A stretch of 64,000 nucleotides of DNA from Poseidonia sp. (GCA_038118245.1 JAYOHN010000001.1:14122-78121), one strand, 5' to 3'. Shown: positions 52,932 through 63,938, numbered from the stretch's first letter. The notes: generated by a model from the sequence alone, not told the origin. Made by a program: numbers and translations.

Positions 52932-54950
52932 TCACTCCATCGCCGATTGAATGGCGGCCCTGAGCAGAGCGCTGACCTCTTTCCCATCGGCGCCGCCGGC
53001 GGCCTGCATTACCACACCCATAAGCGGCCCCATGGCGCCCATGCCCCGCTCTTTGACGAAGTCGAGGCGCTCGGCGACGATGGCGTTGATGACATCGGCC
53101 AAACCACCGATATCGGCGGGTGCCAGATCGTTCGCTTCGCAAAATGAGACCAGGGTCTCGTAGGAAGCAGAAAGGCCCGAATGGGAGGCGACAACATGGT
53201 CCATGTGGTCTCGGGCCAGCCGTCCGTCCTCCTTGAGGCGCAAGACGTTGGCCAACAGAGCGGCGGGTTCTGAATCGTGCGTCAACAAGAGTGCGGCCCA
53301 AGCTTTGGCGGGCAGGGAGCCGGCGTGCTCGCAAAAGGTGTCGTCCAGTTCACGAGCGAGCAGCTGTTCCGCTTGGTCTGCTGAGATGGAAAACGAGGAG
53401 AGTCGGTCGGCTCGTTCGTCGTCCGACATCGGCAACGTGTCGAGGATACGCTGCCAGTCCGTTTGATGGAGCGCCTGAGGCGGTACATCGGTTTCGGGGT
53501 ACATCCGGGACCGCCCCGGCAACGGACGCATCGGCGAGGTCGTGCCGTCCTCGGGAGCCCCTTTCTTGACCACCACGTTACGAACTTCTTGTGGAATTCG
53601 GTGCCATGCAAGGCGGGCGCGAGCCAAGACGGCCTCGAGGGCCAAGTGTGCCTGCCAGGCGGGTGCACAACACAAGACAAACGCATCGTCGGATTGCAGA
53701 GAAAGGCTTGAGCGAACCTGGTTGACCTCCTCTGCTCCGATTCCATAAGCCGGCAATTCATCCGCATGGAAAATGCCCTTGACCCCAGCAAGTTTTGCTG
53801 CACCGGCCAATTCTCTGCCGAGCCGGGGCAATTGCGCCCCGTCTTCGTCAAGGGTCTTGGTCCCGAGTTTGCCCAACAGGCCAGGAAGTGGCAGGGCCAT
53901 CATCACGGCACCGTGAGCGATGGCTTCCTTCACCATGGCCGATTCCGTGGTCTTGAACGTCGCCGTCACCTCGTGGAGGTCCATCGGCAAACGCTCGCCC
54001 ACGAGCTCGGCCACTTGGATTTCGACGGACTCGTCATCGTCATCTCGGTTGGGCGGAAGCGGGGGCAGGGAAAGAGCGGCTCGCAGGTCGTTAGCGAGGC
54101 GATAGAAGTGAAGTTGGCGCGCCATTTCCAAACGAACGATTCGGGGGATCCAGCCAAGGTCCTGACATCCCTTGATCTCAACGCGGTCGCCCGCAGCAAT
54201 GGAGACGTTGAGGTCTTGGCGAATGCTGCCCAGACCGCGGCGAACGCGGCGTGTCTGGCGGAGCACGCGCCCCAGTGCCTTGGCCGTGGTTTTCGCATGG
54301 TCGGGAGAGACGATATCAGGAGAGGTGGCAATTTCGATGAGCGGTAGGCCCAGGCGGTCCAGGTTGTACAGCACCTGTTGACCGTTGGGGAGGTCGACCG
54401 TGTCGAGCTTTCGGGCGCTGTCTTCCTCGAGGCACACCACATCCACACCCACATTCCCTTCCTCGGTGGCCAAGACCCCGTTGGTGGCGACCAGGGAGGT
54501 GCGCTGAAAGCCGCTGGTGTTTGACCCGTCCACGACGGTTTTTCGCATGGTTTGAATCATCCCGACCGGTTGAGCGTTCAGGAGCGCTGAGACGGTCAAA
54601 GTGATGTTAACGGCGTCCTCGTCAAGCGCGACCGGAGGCGCCTCGTCCAGTTCAATGAGGCCTGCGTTGGGGGACTGGGCGTAGACAAATCGGCGGTTCC
54701 GCTTGGATTCAAACCTTGCAGCAACATCGATCGCCCCGCCCTCTCCTCGTGAAGCCCGCAAGCGTCGCTCAAACCGAGGCCAGTCGTCAGGGAGGGTGTC
54801 GACGGTGATGTCGTACAGTTCCCCGCTTTGGCGGGAATGGAGTTTTCCGGTGGCGAGTTGTTGGTGGACCTCAATCCCGCACATGAACCCCAATTCCTTG
54901 GGGTCAAGGCTCTCAGGACGCTGAACATCGCCTTTGGGTTCATCGGCCAT
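52932..54950 (-). CDS. gatE: Glutamyl-tRNA(Gln) amidotransferase subunit E (archaea-specific)
   Basis: 672 aa; GatE-specific N-terminal AspRS-like insertion plus GatB/YqeY-type C-terminal domain. End-to-end architecture. Confidence 0.85.
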   Translation of the reverse strand: MADEPKGDVQRPESLDPKELGFMCGIEVHQQLATGKLHSRQSGELYDITVDTLPDDWPRFERRLRASRGEGGAIDVAARFESKRNRRFVYAQSPNAGLIELDEAPPVALDEDAVNITLTVSALLNAQPVGMIQTMRKTVVDGSNTSGFQRTSLVATNGVLATEEGNVGVDVVCLEEDSARKLDTVDLPNGQQVLYNLDRLGLPLIEIATSPDIVSPDHAKTTAKALGRVLRQTRRVRRGLGSIRQDLNVSIAAGDRVEIKGCQDLGWIPRIVRLEMARQLHFYRLANDLRAALSLPPLPPNRDDDDESVEIQVAELVGERLPMDLHEVTATFKTTESAMVKEAIAHGAVMMALPLPGLLGKLGTKTLDEDGAQLPRLGRELAGAAKLAGVKGIFHADELPAYGIGAEEVNQVRSSLSLQSDDAFVLCCAPAWQAHLALEAVLARARLAWHRIPQEVRNVVVKKGAPEDGTTSPMRPLPGRSRMYPETDVPPQALHQTDWQRILDTLPMSDDERADRLSSFSISADQAEQLLARELDDTFCEHAGSLPAKAWAALLLTHDSEPAALLANVLRLKEDGRLARDHMDHVVASHSGLSASYETLVSFCEANDLAPADIGGLADVINAIVAERLDFVKERGMGAMGPLMGVVMQAAGGADGKEVSALLRAAIQSAME

Positions 54951-54998
54951 GGGACGGGGACGGGCTCACCCTTCATGAGCACCTCGCTTGGTTGAAGG

Positions 54999-57221
54999 TC
55001 AAACCACTTGCAGGGTGTCGTAACCACCGGGCCGCATCATCCGGCCGTCGCGGCACAATTTGTCGATGATGTCCTCGGCTTTCGACCTCGGTATGTCCCT
55101 TCGCTCGGCCTCGTTGAGCACGGCCAGCAATTCAGCGTGAGTGCCGCTCTCGTTTTGAAGGGCCGAGACCGTGTCGAGGATGAATTTCTCTTGGTTTCGC
55201 ACAGCCCCTTTCTTGCCGGATTCAATCGTGGTCAAATCGAAGTTTTCGCCCATCAATTCATGACGCCAGGTCTCGGTCAAACGGATGGCCCGGTCGGCGT
55301 CGGCCACCGTAGCAATATCGGTCAAACGGATGCGAGCGCTTGCCTCGGCGAGCCGAGAAAGCGCTTCCAGCGACCGTGCCGTGATCGCCACGCTGTCGGG
55401 AGAATCACCGCCCTTCTTTCTCGTCGAGACATAATAGGCGACGATTTTTTCGCGGGCTTCATCGTTGAGTTTCGGATGGAAATTTCGCTTCGAGAACGCG
55501 ACGTACTTGCGCAGAACGTCCCTGGAAAGGTGGGTGACTTTTCCGTCCTTGTTGGTGGTGGATTTCTTTGCCGCAGAAGCCCGTGAAGGGTCCGGAATGG
55601 TGCCTTCGCTGACCAGCAATTCGCTGCTTCCTTCCACTCTCGTGTTGATGATGTGCTGGGCGATTTTTTCATCGCTCGTTTCGTTGGGCGTGTCCGTGAG
55701 GAGCCAAATGATGTCAAAACGTGAAATCAACGGCGGGGCGAGGTTGATTTGGCCCGTGAACGGGACATCGCTGACCGGCTGGAACCGGCCGCTGGTGGGG
55801 TTGGCGGCTGCGAGGACGGCGCAGCGGGTTCGCAAACTGGCGTTGATGCCCGCCTTTGAGATGGAGATGGTTTGCTGTTCCATCGCTTCGTGCATGCTGG
55901 AACGGTCAGCGTTGTTCATTTTGTCAAACTCGTCAATGGCTGCAAGACCGAGGTCTGCGAGGACCAACGCGCCCGCTTCAAGCGTCCAACGGCCGTCGGC
56001 GGCGGCGTCTTGAACGGCGGCGGCGGTGAGCCCTGCGGCAGAGGCGGATTTTCCCGATGCAAACCGGCCGCGAGGAGAAATCGTTGACATGTAGTGCAAC
56101 AACTGGGATTTCGCCACACCGGGGTCCCCCATGAGCAAGATGTGGATGTCGCCTCGATTGCGCGTGCCGTCTTCGTTGACTTGGGCTTCACCCCCGAAGA
56201 GTTGCAGCATCAAGGATTCCTTGACGCGTTCCATCCCAAAGATGGAGGGGGCGATGCTCCGAATGAGAACGTCGTACACCTGCGGGTCGCGAGCAATGGT
56301 TTTGATCTCGGTCTCCTCTTCCTCCGTGATGACAATTTCCTCGAGCGGTATGTTCTGCCGTTCAAGCGAATGAATCCGAAGGAAGATGTCGAACACCGGC
56401 GTGTCTTTCCCCGCCTTACGTTGGGAGCGAATGAACAGGACACCGTTTGCCTTCACGCGGTCTCCGGGATTCAGGCGACCCGCCAAATCCTGTTCAGCAA
56501 TGCAGACAATGCGTTCCGGCTGGATTCCTCCCTTCATCTGCTCGGGGAGTTCTTGCAGTTCAATGAACTGAGAGTTGATGAGGTGCGAGGACTGTTGTTG
56601 GAGGAGAAAACGCGTTTGCCTTTTCGGGCGACCGCATCCGCCCTCGATTTGGGAACACTCAAGGGGTTCAATGAGTTCTTGCTCGTTGGGTTGTTTGATT
56701 TCCATGACGTGCCCGCAGGCCACGCACTCAAACACCGCCGTGTAAAGGCGGGGACGAACGCCTGAGATTTTCGTGGTCACGGCATCGATGGCGATGAGAC
56801 GGTCGATGTCACCGGCCCGAAGTTGGGAGACGGTGCGCACCTGGTCAGGGGGCAGATGGACGATGCGCACGAACGGAAGGATGCTCCCTGCGCCGATGTC
56901 GAGCATGAATTGTTGAAGGGCATCGTTGGCTGCATCAAAGTGCAACTCCGGTTTGGCGAGGATGTCCTGAGCGAATTCGTGGTCGTACCCTTCCACCTCC
57001 CGGTACGAGACGTCCAAGGATTCGGTATCGGGCCACAACTTTGACAGGTTGTGAATGGCTTCGGAATATTTGTCCTGCAGCAGCGAGGTCCACCTGGCTG
57101 GTAGGTCAAATTCCTGAATCGCTGCCATCGTGAGAACCGCCGGGCGTTGAACAACATTGGCGACGCCATTTAATGCTTCTTCACCCCGAAGAGCACCCCC
57201 TGATTTCCACTGGAAAATCAC
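54999..57221 (-). CDS. mcm: MCM replicative helicase
   Basis: Zn-finger C4 (CVACGH...C..GGCG), Walker A GDPGVAKSQLL, Walker B/arginine finger region (IDEFDKM; SRFD) and a winged-helix C-terminus. No intein. Probable start at MAAIQEF (57128). Confidence 0.9.
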   Translation of the reverse strand: MIFQWKSGGALRGEEALNGVANVVQRPAVLTMAAIQEFDLPARWTSLLQDKYSEAIHNLSKLWPDTESLDVSYREVEGYDHEFAQDILAKPELHFDAANDALQQFMLDIGAGSILPFVRIVHLPPDQVRTVSQLRAGDIDRLIAIDAVTTKISGVRPRLYTAVFECVACGHVMEIKQPNEQELIEPLECSQIEGGCGRPKRQTRFLLQQQSSHLINSQFIELQELPEQMKGGIQPERIVCIAEQDLAGRLNPGDRVKANGVLFIRSQRKAGKDTPVFDIFLRIHSLERQNIPLEEIVITEEEETEIKTIARDPQVYDVLIRSIAPSIFGMERVKESLMLQLFGGEAQVNEDGTRNRGDIHILLMGDPGVAKSQLLHYMSTISPRGRFASGKSASAAGLTAAAVQDAAADGRWTLEAGALVLADLGLAAIDEFDKMNNADRSSMHEAMEQQTISISKAGINASLRTRCAVLAAANPTSGRFQPVSDVPFTGQINLAPPLISRFDIIWLLTDTPNETSDEKIAQHIINTRVEGSSELLVSEGTIPDPSRASAAKKSTTNKDGKVTHLSRDVLRKYVAFSKRNFHPKLNDEAREKIVAYYVSTRKKGGDSPDSVAITARSLEALSRLAEASARIRLTDIATVADADRAIRLTETWRHELMGENFDLTTIESGKKGAVRNQEKFILDTVSALQNESGTHAELLAVLNEAERRDIPRSKAEDIIDKLCRDGRMMRPGGYDTLQVV

Positions 57222-57314
57222 GGAGCCTCAGGCCTCGTTTGTGTTCCATAAAGCGTGACGAGTGGAAGCCAGCCAGACGAAAGGTTCCATGTAGTCTTGG
57301 CCCAACCTCACAGC

Positions 57315-57929
57315 ATGCGAGTGACCTTTGCCCACGGCCTTTGGAGCGGACCGGAAAGCAGCAAAGCGGCTTGGATGCGAAGCCAAGGATGGGAAGTGGT
57401 CGCCATCGATATGCGAATGTACGGCTGGGACCAAGCAAGCCAAACCAAAGCGGTGTTGGAGACCATTGACGAACACGGCCCGTTTGACCTCCTGATCGGC
57501 TCTTCCTTCGGCGGCTTGGCCACAGCAAACGCTGCAGCCCAACGCCCCGACCTCGACCTTCGATTGTTGCTTCTCGCACCAGCGTTTGGCTATCCCGAAC
57601 TCGTGGCGTCGACGCTGGGTGATGAAGCGATGAAGACGTGGGAATCCAGCGGGTCACACGCCTTTCATCCCCCGGGTTGGGAGGAGCCGGTGGTTCTACC
57701 GTGGTCCTTTGTTGAAGCCGCTCGCCCGCTGGCCTGGCCCGCATTGCCGCACCCGACGGTCATTTTGCACGGCACCGAAGACGACGTTGTCCCCGTTGAG
57801 AACAGCCGCCGTGCTGCGTTGGAGAACCCGCACGTCATTGTCCAAGAAGTGGCGGATAACCACCGCCTCCATGCCAGCCTCCCTCACCTTTTGCCGCTTT
57901 CAGACCGGCTGAAGAACGCTTCATCGTAA
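57315..57929 (+). CDS. Alpha/beta-hydrolase (YqiA-like esterase)
   Basis: GSSFGG nucleophile elbow, about 200 aa. The ORF is open from 57255. Confidence 0.65.
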   Translation: MRVTFAHGLWSGPESSKAAWMRSQGWEVVAIDMRMYGWDQASQTKAVLETIDEHGPFDLLIGSSFGGLATANAAAQRPDLDLRLLLLAPAFGYPELVASTLGDEAMKTWESSGSHAFHPPGWEEPVVLPWSFVEAARPLAWPALPHPTVILHGTEDDVVPVENSRRAALENPHVIVQEVADNHRLHASLPHLLPLSDRLKNASS

Positions 57930-57941
57930 AGCGGTTCCTTC

Positions 57942-59081
57942 ATGAAACGGGTCGCCGTGGACGGGCTCATGAGCGAGCCCATGGATTACGCCAGTGCGGG
58001 GGTTGACATCGACTTGGAAGGCTCTGCAGTCGCCTCGCTCATCGGTGCCTTGTCCTCCAGCGTTCGCCCACCCGGTACACCGGGCGCCCCCGTTGATCTT
58101 CCGGGAGGTTTTGGCGGCCTCATCGAGTTCGGGGACAACCTGCTCGCCCTCGCCACCGATGGCGTTGGAAGCAAACTCCAGATCGCCACCTCGCTCAAGC
58201 AGTGGGGCGGCGTGGGCGTGGACTGCATGGCGATGAACGTCAACGATTTGCTGTGCGTCGGAGCCGAACCCATCGCTTTTGTTGATTACGTTGCGGTTCC
58301 AAAACCCGACCCGGCCGTGCACGCTGCGCTTGGCGCCTCCCTTGCCGAAGCTTGTCGTCAGGCGCGCGTCACCCTTGCAGGCGGCGAAACGGCTTCCCTC
58401 CCCGGCATCGTGACGGAGTTGGACTTGTCGGGGACCGCCCTTGGCTGGCTGCCCAAAGGCGAAGCCATCACAGGAGAGCACTTGCAAGACGGTGACGTGC
58501 TCATTGGCCTGCCCTCATCGGGCATCCACTCCAACGGGTATTCGCTGGTTCGCCGAATCGTGGAACATGCCGGCAGCGATTACACAAAACCGGCGCCGTT
58601 TGACGTTCACCACCCCAACCGTGAAGTGGTCCGGTGGCAGGACGGTGAACCAACGTTGGGTGAAGTGGTTCTCAACCCGACGAGGATCTATTGCGACCCG
58701 GTGGTGGATTTGCTTCAAGCGGCTCGCGGAGATGCGCCGTTCAGTATTGGTGCTATCCACGGCATCTGCCACATCACGGGTGGCGGCCTGTCCAACCTTC
58801 TCCGACTTCACCCGTCCCTCGGATGGAACATTCACACGCCGCTGCCGGTGTTGCCCGAATTTAATTGGCTGCAGGAAACAGGAGGCGTGGAGGTTCGTGA
58901 AATGTACCGAACCTTCAACATGGGCATGGGCATGGTTATCGCGGTGGCTGCGCCTGAGGCAGAAAGCGTCCTTGAATGGCTTCAGGGCCGCATGACAGGT
59001 GTGGCTGTTGTCGGCCATGTGACCAACGAAGGTCATGCCGTCAAACACGCCATCGATGGTGTGGAATTCACGCACTACTGA
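57942..59081 (+). CDS. purM: Phosphoribosylformylglycinamidine cyclo-ligase (AIR synthetase)
   Basis: PurM N- and C-domain signatures (LATDGVGSKL; DGDVLIGLPSSGIHSNGYSL). Confidence 0.9.
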   Translation: MKRVAVDGLMSEPMDYASAGVDIDLEGSAVASLIGALSSSVRPPGTPGAPVDLPGGFGGLIEFGDNLLALATDGVGSKLQIATSLKQWGGVGVDCMAMNVNDLLCVGAEPIAFVDYVAVPKPDPAVHAALGASLAEACRQARVTLAGGETASLPGIVTELDLSGTALGWLPKGEAITGEHLQDGDVLIGLPSSGIHSNGYSLVRRIVEHAGSDYTKPAPFDVHHPNREVVRWQDGEPTLGEVVLNPTRIYCDPVVDLLQAARGDAPFSIGAIHGICHITGGGLSNLLRLHPSLGWNIHTPLPVLPEFNWLQETGGVEVREMYRTFNMGMGMVIAVAAPEAESVLEWLQGRMTGVAVVGHVTNEGHAVKHAIDGVEFTHY

Positions 59082-59129
59082 ACCCCGGACCATCGGTGCG
59101 GTCATGAGGGAGCGGCCCGTCGTCGTTGC

Positions 59130-60476
59130 GTGGACGAAGGTCAGCCAACCGATTCGGCCCCCGGACACTTGTGGCTGGAGGGCAAGACGTTGGTCCATTT
59201 GCGCCACGACCAAGGACGGCCCACGCACATGCCTCGTGGACCAGCGAAACGCACCGGTCCCGGCTTTCTGAACCCGGCGATGGCACCCGCTCGAACGCGT
59301 TCGGTCCTCTTGATGGCGGACGCATTGGAGAACGATTGGCTCGTGAAACCCGACCAAGCGCTCCGCGCCCTGGACGCCTTGTGCGCCACCGGCGTACGCG
59401 TTCGGCGATGGAGAAACGAAATCCCCGAGAGGCACCAGCACCGCTTGCGCATCACGGCAAACGACCTCGACCGCTTCGCCCTGGATTGGTTGGAGCGTTC
59501 ACACGAAGCCTTTCCTCCCTCGGTCACAGTGGACCATGACCCGGAAGACGACCGGTACGAGCGGCCAGCGACGGGCAAAATGAACAACGGGATCTTCACG
59601 ATGCAAAACGATGCGAGGATGTCGCTCCTTGAAGCAGGGTACCAATGGGTGGATTTGGACCCCTTCGGCTCACCTGTCAATTTCCTTGACGCCGCTGTTC
59701 AGGGTCTCGCCCGGATTGGCTTTTTGGAAGTCACCGCCACCGACACAGCAGCGCTCACCGGCTCGAGCCAAGGCTCACAATTCCGTCGTTACGGGGCCAG
59801 GGGCATCGTCGACAGTTACGCTCACGACGACGCCGTTCGCGTCCTTCTCGGCCTCGTGGCGACGACCGCTGCACGCCACGACCGGACCGTGGAGCCGGTG
59901 CTCGCCCTGTTTGACGGCCACCACGTTCGCATCAGCGTGAAGGTTCGCCGTTCGCGTGAAGAGGCTTCGAAGGTGTTGGATTCCATGGGTTGGCGCGTCC
60001 GTAACAACGACGGAACCTACCGCTTTGTTCGCCACCCTACGCCCGAGGAGGTGGAGCGCGGGAGCGGCCCGTTGTGGATCGGCCCTCTCTGGGACGCACA
60101 CATTGCCGGCCGCATGACCGAAGCGCGTGTGCTCGAGGTGTGCAGCCCAAACGAGGAGGGTGTGAGCGCCTGTAGAGCCCAGGGGTTGGTGTGGGGCGCC
60201 GATGACCGCAAATACGCAGAGCGGGAATTGAGCCGAAGCGTACGGTACATCTCGCAGGCAGCGGACCTGATGAGTCGGGACCACACCCTGTACCACATGG
60301 ATGACCTGCCCAAGATGGCAGGAACCGGACAAGCACCAAAGATGGACCTCCTGTTTGAGGCGGTCAACCAAGCGGGGTTCAACGCTGCTCGCGTCCCGGA
60401 CATCGACCCCTTTTTTGTCACCGATGCCCCTCACGAAGTGGTGATGGATTGCGTTCGGGAACACACTCAATCTTGA
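59130..60476 (+). CDS. trm1: tRNA (guanine26-N2)-dimethyltransferase Trm1
   Basis: DPFGSP catalytic motif, the N-terminal FLNPAM region and C-terminal Trm1 domain. 448 aa. Confidence 0.8.
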   Translation: MDEGQPTDSAPGHLWLEGKTLVHLRHDQGRPTHMPRGPAKRTGPGFLNPAMAPARTRSVLLMADALENDWLVKPDQALRALDALCATGVRVRRWRNEIPERHQHRLRITANDLDRFALDWLERSHEAFPPSVTVDHDPEDDRYERPATGKMNNGIFTMQNDARMSLLEAGYQWVDLDPFGSPVNFLDAAVQGLARIGFLEVTATDTAALTGSSQGSQFRRYGARGIVDSYAHDDAVRVLLGLVATTAARHDRTVEPVLALFDGHHVRISVKVRRSREEASKVLDSMGWRVRNNDGTYRFVRHPTPEEVERGSGPLWIGPLWDAHIAGRMTEARVLEVCSPNEEGVSACRAQGLVWGADDRKYAERELSRSVRYISQAADLMSRDHTLYHMDDLPKMAGTGQAPKMDLLFEAVNQAGFNAARVPDIDPFFVTDAPHEVVMDCVREHTQS

Positions 60477-61399
60477 CCGAGAAACTCAGCCACATCAAAA
60501 GAAAAGCCAACCTCGTTTTCCGACCATGCCCATAGGCGCCTTGCTTGCTCCTCGTTTCTCGCCGTTCGACTCATGTTTGCTTTTCCGGCCCAGCCCCACG
60601 CCTCAAGCGGTCCAACAGGGCCCCAGTAAGGGTGGGCCAAAGCACCGGCTTCGGTTGCAGCATAGAGGGTCGGTGCTGCACCCCGTGATGGCGAGAGCGC
60701 GATGTTGTTGAGGAAACGCCACATCAGCGAATGCCGTTGAAGCGAAGTGTTGGCATAGCCGGGGTGGCTGCAAAGGGAAGTGATGTGCGAACCGGCTGAT
60801 TTCAATCGACGGTCCAATTCAAGAGCAAACATGAGGTTCGCCAATTTGCTTCGACCGTATTGACCCCACTTATCGTAACGTTTCCCTTCGCCGTACATGT
60901 TGTCAAAGTTGAGACGTCCCATGGTGTGGGCGATGCTTGAAACCGTCACGACGCGGGGTTCTGCCGCTTTTTCCAAATGAGGAAGAAGATGGGCGGTCAA
61001 GGCAAAATGGCCTAGATGGTTGGTCCCGACTTGCAACTCAAATCCGTCGGCCGTGGTGCTTCTGGGAGGAATCATGACGCCTGCGTTGTTGATGAGAAGG
61101 TCAAGGTGCGGGGCGCTGTTCTTGAACTCGTTCGCTGCGTTTTGCACGGAACCCAAATCGGCGAGGTTGAGCTCCAGCGTGCGGACGACAGCGTCGGCGT
61201 GTTGAGAACGGATTTGAGTGGCGGCCGCCTCGGCTTTGGACGCATTCCGGCAAGCAAGAACAACCTCTGCCCCTTTCGCAGCAAACTCCCTCGCCATCTC
61301 AAAACCGATACCGGAGTTGGAACCGGTAATGAGGACGATTTTTCCGTTTTGAGGCTTGGTGTCGGAAAGACGCCATTTGATGCCGATTTTTTTGCCCAT
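60467..61399 (-). CDS. Short-chain dehydrogenase/reductase (SDR, retinol-dehydrogenase-like)
   Basis: TGSNSGIG cofactor motif, YGRSK catalytic YxxxK. 310 aa. Confidence 0.85.
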   Translation of the reverse strand: MGKKIGIKWRLSDTKPQNGKIVLITGSNSGIGFEMAREFAAKGAEVVLACRNASKAEAAATQIRSQHADAVVRTLELNLADLGSVQNAANEFKNSAPHLDLLINNAGVMIPPRSTTADGFELQVGTNHLGHFALTAHLLPHLEKAAEPRVVTVSSIAHTMGRLNFDNMYGEGKRYDKWGQYGRSKLANLMFALELDRRLKSAGSHITSLCSHPGYANTSLQRHSLMWRFLNNIALSPSRGAAPTLYAATEAGALAHPYWGPVGPLEAWGWAGKANMSRTARNEEQARRLWAWSENEVGFSFDVAEFLGQD

Positions 61400-61437
61400 G
61401 GTGAACCACCTTTCGCGCTCCTCTTTGAAACCGAGGT

Positions 61438-62229
61438 TCAGCCAAAAGATGGATCGATGTCCGTCACGGAGGCGTCCTCTGGGGCGGGCAACATCTGAGA
61501 GGCGCTCTCGATGATGTCGCGGACCGAGTCTTCAATGGACCGCGCATTTTCAAGCAACTCCGTCAAGGGGATGTCAAGGCCGGTCAAGTCGCTCACGGCT
61601 TCCACAGCAAGGGCTGCGGCCCGAGCATCGGGGTACATCGGACTGGCCTCGGAGAGCAACGCCGTGATGTCGATTCCAAGCCGGTCGCCCTCGCCGAGCA
61701 GAAAACCCGTGATGCCAGCCACGATGCCCTGTTGAATGGGTTCGATGTCCAGGTCTTTGAGCCGTTGACGAGCCGCAGGAACCGAGCCCACCCCGAACAA
61801 TTCACCGTTGCTCAGTTCTTTCTCGGGGCGCGTCAAGCCGTCGATGATGATCAAACGGTCAAAGCCACCCTTGGTGAACCATTCCAGAACGGTGGTGGCG
61901 AAGGGAATGTCGGTTTCGTTTCCGAATTGAATTTCGGACGTGAACACGCCGATGCCCTCGCCCTGATAGACGCGAACAGGGTGTTTGGGAACCTCGTTAT
62001 GAATGAGGGCCACGGCTGGGAAATCTTTGTGCATCACCGTTCCAAGTTGATTGAGGCCCAGCGTTTTGATGATGTGGGAGGTGGCGATGACACCCACCAT
62101 TCCAGCCGTGGTGAATCCGCAAATGGCCACCCCGCCGGTTCGGGGGTCGGCGTCTTGGTGGAGGACCAAAGCGTAGGCTTGCAGGTTTGCATCCATTTCA
62201 ATCCCTCCAGTCAACGGCCAACCGCTCAC
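61438..62229 (-). CDS. Proteasome assembly chaperone PAC2-family protein
   Basis: About 250 aa with the N-terminal Gly-rich motif ICGFTTAGMVGVIATSHIIKTLGL typical of archaeal PAC2 homologues. Confidence 0.6.
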   Translation of the reverse strand: MSGWPLTGGIEMDANLQAYALVLHQDADPRTGGVAICGFTTAGMVGVIATSHIIKTLGLNQLGTVMHKDFPAVALIHNEVPKHPVRVYQGEGIGVFTSEIQFGNETDIPFATTVLEWFTKGGFDRLIIIDGLTRPEKELSNGELFGVGSVPAARQRLKDLDIEPIQQGIVAGITGFLLGEGDRLGIDITALLSEASPMYPDARAAALAVEAVSDLTGLDIPLTELLENARSIEDSVRDIIESASQMLPAPEDASVTDIDPSFG

Positions 62230-62252
62230 CCGTGAAAAGGCTCACGGCGTGT

Positions 62253-63938
62253 TCAATCTTCCCAAGCGACCCAATCGTCCCAGCCTTCTTCGCGATACCA
62301 CCAAACACCGACCTCGTCTTCGTACCATTCGGTCCCGTTCTCGTCCACGGTGATGCCGTCGTCGCTTTCATCCTCAGCCCCGTCATCGTGGTGCTCGTCG
62401 TTTGAATCAAGGGCGTCTTCAGCCGTTGCACCGAATTCAAACGCATCTGCGCTGCTGCCCAGCGTTGGTGAGCTTGCCAGCCCCTCTGGAGCGGCTTCGT
62501 GCAATTCTTTTCCTTCCTTCTTCAGCTCATCGAGGGATTTTGACGAAGCGAGGTCAACGTTGGCTTGGACTTCGGCCGATTCGAGTGGTTCGTCATTTTC
62601 GACCATGCCGTAGTAGTCTTCCTCGTCCTCTTCCTCAAAGAGGTCTTCTCGGTTGTTGCGCATGTAAAGCACACCGCCCACGACGGCCAAAACAGCGATG
62701 AGAACACCCAACCCAACCACCACCGGCGTCATGGCGCTTGAGGTGTCGTCCTGTTGGGTGTTCGTTGTCGGGTCGTCCACGACAGGCATTTCACCGAGGG
62801 TCCAAACGAGTTCCCCTTCGTAGCTTGCAGCGTCTTGGGTCATCCCTGTGCATGCGTTGTTGCTGGCTGTGTCGCAGGTGAGCGTGATCGTGTACGTCTT
62901 GCCCTGCTCGCCCGGGTACATGCTCTCGGTTGGGCCGTTTCGCACGAGCGAGAAAATGAGGTCGGTCGTCCCGTTGGCTTCAACCTTGACGGCCGGGTTG
63001 GTACCGTCGTAGGTCACGTCGATGGACGGGGGGGTGGTTGGGAGGATGTTCCAATTGAAGCCCACCACGACGGTGAAGGGATTGGGGTTCCTCACCGAGC
63101 ACGTGATGGTCACATCGGTGGCGTTTTCTTCCCATCCGTACGTCGCGGTGCCGCAGTCGACCAAGGCCGGCAAGGTGATGTCCGGGAAGGTCGGTTCTTC
63201 GGACGTGTTGGTTTCGTTGGTCGTGTTGGTGCTGTTCCCTTCAACGACCGGTGCAGCCTCGAAAGCAAACGAAACCTGCATCCCTTCTACGTGGTAATCG
63301 GGCGATTCGCTGTCAAGGTACAAGGTCAGGGTGCCGTCGTGAGCGCCCAAGCCTGAGATGGCCATTTCGTTGCCTCGGACTTCGGCTGTCCCGGAACTTG
63401 CCGTCCGCCCGTCGTCGGTCAACGCCTCCCAGTAGGCTTGGACGTTGGCGAGGGCCGTCTCTTGCGTGATGTCCGGGGTCGTCACCGAGAGGACCGTTGA
63501 GAACCCGTCATCGTCGTCGAGTTCAATGGTGCTTGGGCCGGTGATGCCGAGCGGAACGGTTCCGTAGGCTGGGGTGGTGTTGGAGCTTGCCGCCAGAGGT
63601 TGTTGTGAGGGGTCTTGGTCGTATCCTGCGAAAGCCACCTTCAACTCCATCTCGCCGATGGCGGAAAGAGGACCCAAATCCGAAAGGGTCGCGACCTCAA
63701 GGCTTGCGTGGCCGGTGGCGTTGGTTTCAACGGAAACGTTGAGTTGTTGCGAAGCGCCTACGATGTGAAGAACGAGGGTTTGGTTTGCAAGGCCTTGGCC
63801 GTCATGATGCAGGAAAGCGCTCATGCTGAGGCTTTCGCTTCGGGCCAAAAGAAGCCGGTCAACGCTGGCTTCCTCGGCAAACGAGGTGAACGCCACCTCA
63901 ACACCCGTTTCCAGCGCCGTGTTGTTGCGGGTGAACAC
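62253..63938 (-). CDS. Acidic Thr/Asn-rich surface protein with single TM anchor and Trp-acidic cytoplasmic tail
   Basis: Ig-like, Thr-rich ectodomain. TM helice VVVGLGVLIAVLAVVGGVLYM followed by an about 130-aa acidic tail ending EWYEDEVGVWWYREEGWDDWVAWED. No obvious signal peptide at the annotated start. Confidence 0.6.
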   Translation of the reverse strand: MFTRNNTALETGVEVAFTSFAEEASVDRLLLARSESLSMSAFLHHDGQGLANQTLVLHIVGASQQLNVSVETNATGHASLEVATLSDLGPLSAIGEMELKVAFAGYDQDPSQQPLAASSNTTPAYGTVPLGITGPSTIELDDDDGFSTVLSVTTPDITQETALANVQAYWEALTDDGRTASSGTAEVRGNEMAISGLGAHDGTLTLYLDSESPDYHVEGMQVSFAFEAAPVVEGNSTNTTNETNTSEEPTFPDITLPALVDCGTATYGWEENATDVTITCSVRNPNPFTVVVGFNWNILPTTPPSIDVTYDGTNPAVKVEANGTTDLIFSLVRNGPTESMYPGEQGKTYTITLTCDTASNNACTGMTQDAASYEGELVWTLGEMPVVDDPTTNTQQDDTSSAMTPVVVGLGVLIAVLAVVGGVLYMRNNREDLFEEEDEEDYYGMVENDEPLESAEVQANVDLASSKSLDELKKEGKELHEAAPEGLASSPTLGSSADAFEFGATAEDALDSNDEHHDDGAEDESDDGITVDENGTEWYEDEVGVWWYREEGWDDWVAWED